Shown here piece after piece: positions 60,662 to 64,000 of a DNA stretch of 64,000 nucleotides (position 1 is its first letter; each line of letters begins with the position of its first letter). The DNA lies in the NCBI GenBank assembly GCA_041574955.1, contig JBFGNS010000005.1:417-64416 (forward strand), read 5' to 3'. Source of the DNA: Thermoanaerobaculia bacterium. GTDB lineage: Bacteria > Acidobacteriota > Thermoanaerobaculia > Multivoradales > JAHEKO01. The position numbers were made by a program, and so were the translations under genes. Below the pieces are notes generated by a model. The model had not been told where the DNA came from. It saw only the letters and a list, made by a program, of their open reading frames with translations, and searched no databases.

Positions 60662-62689
60662 CTAGAGCCGCGCCACGTCGACCCGAGCATCGTTGAAGCA
60701 GGCCGCCTCACCCACCACTTGGCCGTCGTCCGGGCAGAGCGCCGTCGAAGTGAGGCCGTTCAGCGACGAGCGCGCCCAGGCACCCTTGGGCATCGAGGCC
60801 ACCCCCGGCCGCACCGAACCTTCGACCGCCAGCAGGCAGTGGACCTCGCCGCGGTCGTTCCACACCCGCACCGGCTCGCCGCCGGCGAGCCCGCGCGCCG
60901 CCGCGTCGTCGGGGTGGAGGGTTACCTTGAGCCGCTCGAGGTTCGACTCGCCGAGCGTGCTGGTGATCAGGCGGTGGCTGGCGGGGGTGACCAGCGACAG
61001 CGGCCAGCGGTCGTCGGGCGGCAGCCAGCGGAACGGCTCGGAGCCCAGCACCGGCGGCGTCAGGTGGATCCTGCCGTCGTTGGTGCGCGGCAGGCTGTTG
61101 ACCAACTGCACCGGGCCGCCGCCGTCGCCGAAACCGTACGTCTGCTGGCCGCCGGCGACCACGGTCGCCGGGTCGGGCCGGCCGTCCGGCAGCCGGATGG
61201 CGGCCGCCACCCGCCGCTGCAGCTCCTCGTCGTCCCACAGGAACGGCTCGTCGTCCCAGCCGAGGGCGCGCGCCAGCTCGCAGAACAGCGCCGCGTTGGT
61301 GACCGCCTGGCCGGCGGGCTCCACCACCGGCGACGCGCCGCCCACCACGTAGGCGCCGTAGCCGGCGCGCACGTCGCGGCCCTCGAGGAAGGTGACCGCC
61401 GGCAGCACGATGTCCGCCCAGCGGCAGCTGTCGGTCATCACCTGCTCGTGGACGACGGTGAACAGGTCCTCGCGCGCCAGCCCGGCGAGCACCGCGCGCT
61501 GCTCGGGGACGGTGGCGGCCGGGTTGGCGTTGTAGACGAACAGCGCCTTGATCGGCGGCTCGAGCCCGGCGGCCGGGTCCAGCAGCCGACCGAGCTGGGT
61601 CATGTTGAGAATGCGCGTCCGCCAGTCGATCGCGCCGAGCACCGCGGCGCGGTCGAACTCCACCGCGCCGTTGTTCGACAGCGTGTAGCCGCCGCCGCGC
61701 TCGCCGAAAAGGCCGAGCAGCGCCGGGATCGCCAGCACCGCCGCGATCGCCTGGCCGCCGTTCCTGTTGCGCTCGAGACCCCAGCCGCACCGCACCACAG
61801 CCGGCCGGCTGCCGGCCAGCCGGTCGGCCAGCTCGACGATGGCGTCCTCGTCGACCCCGGCCACCGCCGCGGCGCGCGCCACCGGCCACTCGGCGGCGCG
61901 CTCGAGCAGCGGCTCGGCGCCGTCGGCCCAGCGCTCGAGGAACTCGCCGTCGAGCTGGCCGCGCTCCTGCCAGCGGCGCACCAGCGCCAGCGCCAGCGGC
62001 AGGTCCTGCCCCGGCAGCACCGGCAGGTGGAGATCCGCCTCGTCGGCCGCCAGGTTGCGCCGCGGGTCGACCGTCGCGATCCAGGCGCCGCGCCGCTTCG
62101 CCTCGCGCAGCCAAGGCACCAGGTGGATGTTCGAGCCCTTGGGGTTGGCGCCCCACACGACGATCGTGCGGGCGTGGACGTAGTCGGGGAAGGCGACGCC
62201 CGGCATCTTGCCGTACATCCCCGTCGCCACGCGCGTCGCCGGCACCGCGCAGATCGTCTTGTCGAGCCGCGAGGCGCCGAGCTTGGAGAAGAACAGCTCG
62301 TCCAGCAAGTCGTCGGTCACCAGCCCGTTGGACCCGCCGTAGTGGAACGGCAGGACGGCCTCGCCTCCCCAGCGGTCGCGGATCGCCGCCAGGTTGCCGG
62401 CCACCGTCTCGACCGCCTCGTCCCACGCGATCGGCTCGAAGCTGCCCGCGCCCTTGGGGCCGACCCGTCTGAGCGGCGTCAGCACCCGCTCGGCGTGGTA
62501 GAGCCGGCGGTGGAAGCCCGCCACCTTGCCGCAGATGAAGCCGCCGGTGTGCGCGCTCTCCGGCGCGGCGCCGATCCTCGTCACCCGCCCGTCGGTCACC
62601 TCCACCTCGAGGGCGCAGGCGTCCGGGCAGTCCATGACGCAGGTGGTGTGGCGAAGCTCGGTGGCCAACGTGCGCGCAGTGTACGCCAT
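60662..62689 (-). CDS. Molybdopterin oxidoreductase (DMSO-reductase superfamily), cytoplasmic
   Basis: 675 aa. N-terminal 4Fe-4S motif CVMDCPDACALEV...FICGK. Mo-ligand region KTICAVPAT carries Cys, not Sec. No Tat signal. Confidence 0.85.
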   Translation of the reverse strand: MAYTARTLATELRHTTCVMDCPDACALEVEVTDGRVTRIGAAPESAHTGGFICGKVAGFHRRLYHAERVLTPLRRVGPKGAGSFEPIAWDEAVETVAGNLAAIRDRWGGEAVLPFHYGGSNGLVTDDLLDELFFSKLGASRLDKTICAVPATRVATGMYGKMPGVAFPDYVHARTIVVWGANPKGSNIHLVPWLREAKRRGAWIATVDPRRNLAADEADLHLPVLPGQDLPLALALVRRWQERGQLDGEFLERWADGAEPLLERAAEWPVARAAAVAGVDEDAIVELADRLAGSRPAVVRCGWGLERNRNGGQAIAAVLAIPALLGLFGERGGGYTLSNNGAVEFDRAAVLGAIDWRTRILNMTQLGRLLDPAAGLEPPIKALFVYNANPAATVPEQRAVLAGLAREDLFTVVHEQVMTDSCRWADIVLPAVTFLEGRDVRAGYGAYVVGGASPVVEPAGQAVTNAALFCELARALGWDDEPFLWDDEELQRRVAAAIRLPDGRPDPATVVAGGQQTYGFGDGGGPVQLVNSLPRTNDGRIHLTPPVLGSEPFRWLPPDDRWPLSLVTPASHRLITSTLGESNLERLKVTLHPDDAAARGLAGGEPVRVWNDRGEVHCLLAVEGSVRPGVASMPKGAWARSSLNGLTSTALCPDDGQVVGEAACFNDARVDVARL

Positions 62690-62924
62690 CGCCGCGGCTC
62701 TCGATTCTCGTATGCGCGTCGGCGCGCCGGCCCTGCCTCCGTACGCCAGCTCCCTGGATCCGCTCGACTTGAGTAAATAATCTTGCTATGAACCTGACTT
62801 CAACTCGAAACTGCGCTCCGACGGACGAGCCCACGCTCCGGAATCACTCGGAGCGGCGAGCCGAGCGTCGAGAGCGCGGAACCGCTCCGCGCCCCAGCGG
62901 CCCGCGAGCGGCAAGGAGGTTTCC

Positions 62925-63572
62925 ATGATGTACGAAGCGCTCGCGAAGCCGGGTGTGCTCTGCGCCGTGGTGTGCGCAGGCGCGCTCGCGGCGGCCTGTG
63001 GCCAGGCCGCCGGCCCGACGGCACCCCAGCCACCGATGGAGCAGGCGGCGCCCGAGGCCGCAGCGGCCAACGCCAACTCGACGGCCGTCGCAGCACCGCT
63101 TTCGCCGCCGACCCTGCAGCCGATCACCGCCACCAACGCCAACGGAGGAGGTAGCGGCGGCGCCCAGGGCCGCGGAGCTCGCATCGAGGAGCACCTGGTG
63201 AACGAGCGGTTCTGCGAGCCGTTCACCTTCCCCGGCTTCCCGCCGCTCACGGTCTGCATCACGGTCGACGGCGTCCACCACACCGTGGTCACGCCGGCCG
63301 GCCTGCTGCACTCCCATCTGAACGGCTCGTTCCTGGAGGAGTTCTTCCTCGGACAGCCGCCCGTGGGTGCGCCTATCTGCGCCCACGATGACGCCGGCCA
63401 CTCGTCGACTCTCTTCGAGGTGGAGTCGGAGACCGTGAGAACCGCCCACCACGACTTTTGTCACGTCCTCCACTGCCCGCCGCTGGGGATCTTCGACGAG
63501 CGGATCAGCTTCAGGGTCCAAGTATCCAACGGCGAGACCCGTCTCGAGGAGATCGTGCCCGGCGGCTGTTAG
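62925..63572 (+). CDS. Hypothetical Cys/His-rich lipoprotein
   Basis: 215 aa. Strong AAGGAGG RBS. Lipobox LAAAC. Ala/Pro-rich linker. The C-terminal half has 7 Cys (mature protein beyond the lipobox Cys) and many His. High GC3 favours this frame over antisense ORF 62844..63521. Confidence 0.55.
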   Translation: MMYEALAKPGVLCAVVCAGALAAACGQAAGPTAPQPPMEQAAPEAAAANANSTAVAAPLSPPTLQPITATNANGGGSGGAQGRGARIEEHLVNERFCEPFTFPGFPPLTVCITVDGVHHTVVTPAGLLHSHLNGSFLEEFFLGQPPVGAPICAHDDAGHSSTLFEVESETVRTAHHDFCHVLHCPPLGIFDERISFRVQVSNGETRLEEIVPGGC

Positions 63573-63598
63573 CCGAGCGCCCCGGAGGTCCGGGAGAG

Positions 63599-64000
63599 TC
63601 AGCCCGCGGCGCCGGCCGGGTGGCCCGGCACGTTCTCGCCCAGCCGGATGTCGCGCGTCACCACCCAGACGCCGTCGGCGCCGCGCACCGGCCGCACCAG
63701 GCCGCTGCCTCCACGCCCGGTGGCGAGCTCGGCCCGCTCGGCCGCGCCGAGCCGGGGGTCGTCCTCGAACTGGATCGAGTCGAGGTAGTAGGTGCAGCAG
63801 CCCGGCTCGATGACGTGCAGGTGGACGTGGGCCGGCTCGCGGCTGTCCGGGTAGCCAGCCGGCCGGATGGTGTCGAAGCGGTAGCCGCCCCGCTCGTCCG
63901 TCACCACCCAGGCGCGCAGCCGGCCGTGGCGGGCGGCAGCCCCCTTCAGCCCGGGAGCCCGCGGGTAGATGCCGCGATCGTCGGTGTGGTATGCGTACAC
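63599..64000 (-). CDS. Intradiol ring-cleavage dioxygenase-like protein, C-terminal part (5' end outside window)
   Basis: The ORF runs to the window edge. GYRFDTIRPAGYP...PAHVHLHV resembles the protocatechuate/catechol dioxygenase core with its His ligands. Confidence 0.6.
   Translation of the reverse strand: MYAYHTDDRGIYPRAPGLKGAAARHGRLRAWVVTDERGGYRFDTIRPAGYPDSREPAHVHLHVIEPGCCTYYLDSIQFEDDPRLGAAERAELATGRGGSGLVRPVRGADGVWVVTRDIRLGENVPGHPAGAAG

Noticed and set aside
60662-62689. Selenocysteine in the molybdoenzyme (because selA is in the window)
   Set aside because: The ORF is uninterrupted, and the putative Mo-ligand position (KTICAVPAT) is a Cys codon. There is no in-frame TGA.
62690-62780. 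Possible Moco riboswitch in the leader of the molybdopterin oxidoreductase
   Set aside because: The leader of about 90 nt is shorter than the Moco RNA motif as I remember it, and I cannot recognise its conserved features. The context is the only support. It needs an Rfam RF01055 scan.
59975-62834. 933-aa (+) and 708-aa (-) ORFs overlapping the histidine kinase and molybdopterin oxidoreductase genes
   Set aside because: These are off-frame or antisense low-complexity translations. The 675-aa frame carries the Fe-S and molybdopterin motifs.

Overview
This is a very GC-rich window (about 70-75% by eye), densely packed, from the chromosome of a Gram-negative bacterium. The gene content suggests an Acidobacteriota- or Myxococcota-like lineage: mglA/mglB, pilY1, an exbB-exbD-exbD-tonB-TPR cluster, selA, and many TPR and envelope genes. 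I call 63 protein-coding genes. Most are housekeeping or envelope functions, including glyA, accD-folC, yebC-ruvC, ftsEX, tatA, bamD-cpoB, rpe, nfo, uppS-cdsA-rseP, truA, uvrD-glmS-glmU-yvcK, pepD and ubiX. I see no rRNA, tRNA, CRISPR array, transposase, integrase or recognisable defence island. Many long ORFs in the track are alternate-frame or antisense artefacts of the high GC content, and several true genes begin well inside a longer track ORF. One gene, tatA (52 aa), is missing from the track. I did not find a clear new multi-gene system. The observations most worth follow-up are listed here. (1) Four sigma54-type -24/-12 promoter candidates sit in intergenic regions, two of them exact matches to the core consensus. 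They lie upstream of mglB-mglA, a lytic transglycosylase, rseP and the TPR gene after tonB, and the window also encodes an NtrC-family activator. (2) An mglB-mglA-TPR three-gene module is packed head-to-tail with yvcK-glmU-glmS-uvrD, and is preceded by two hairpin+T6 units. (3) An OmpA-family protein carries about 36 consecutive prolines. (4) There is a histone-H1-like AKKAP-repeat protein. (5) An orphan PqqD/RRE-like protein lies behind an OPT transporter. (6) Several perfect palindromes, recurrent TA(G/C)AAT -10-like hexamers and possible leaderless genes are present. All family assignments come from motif recognition by eye; no searches were run.
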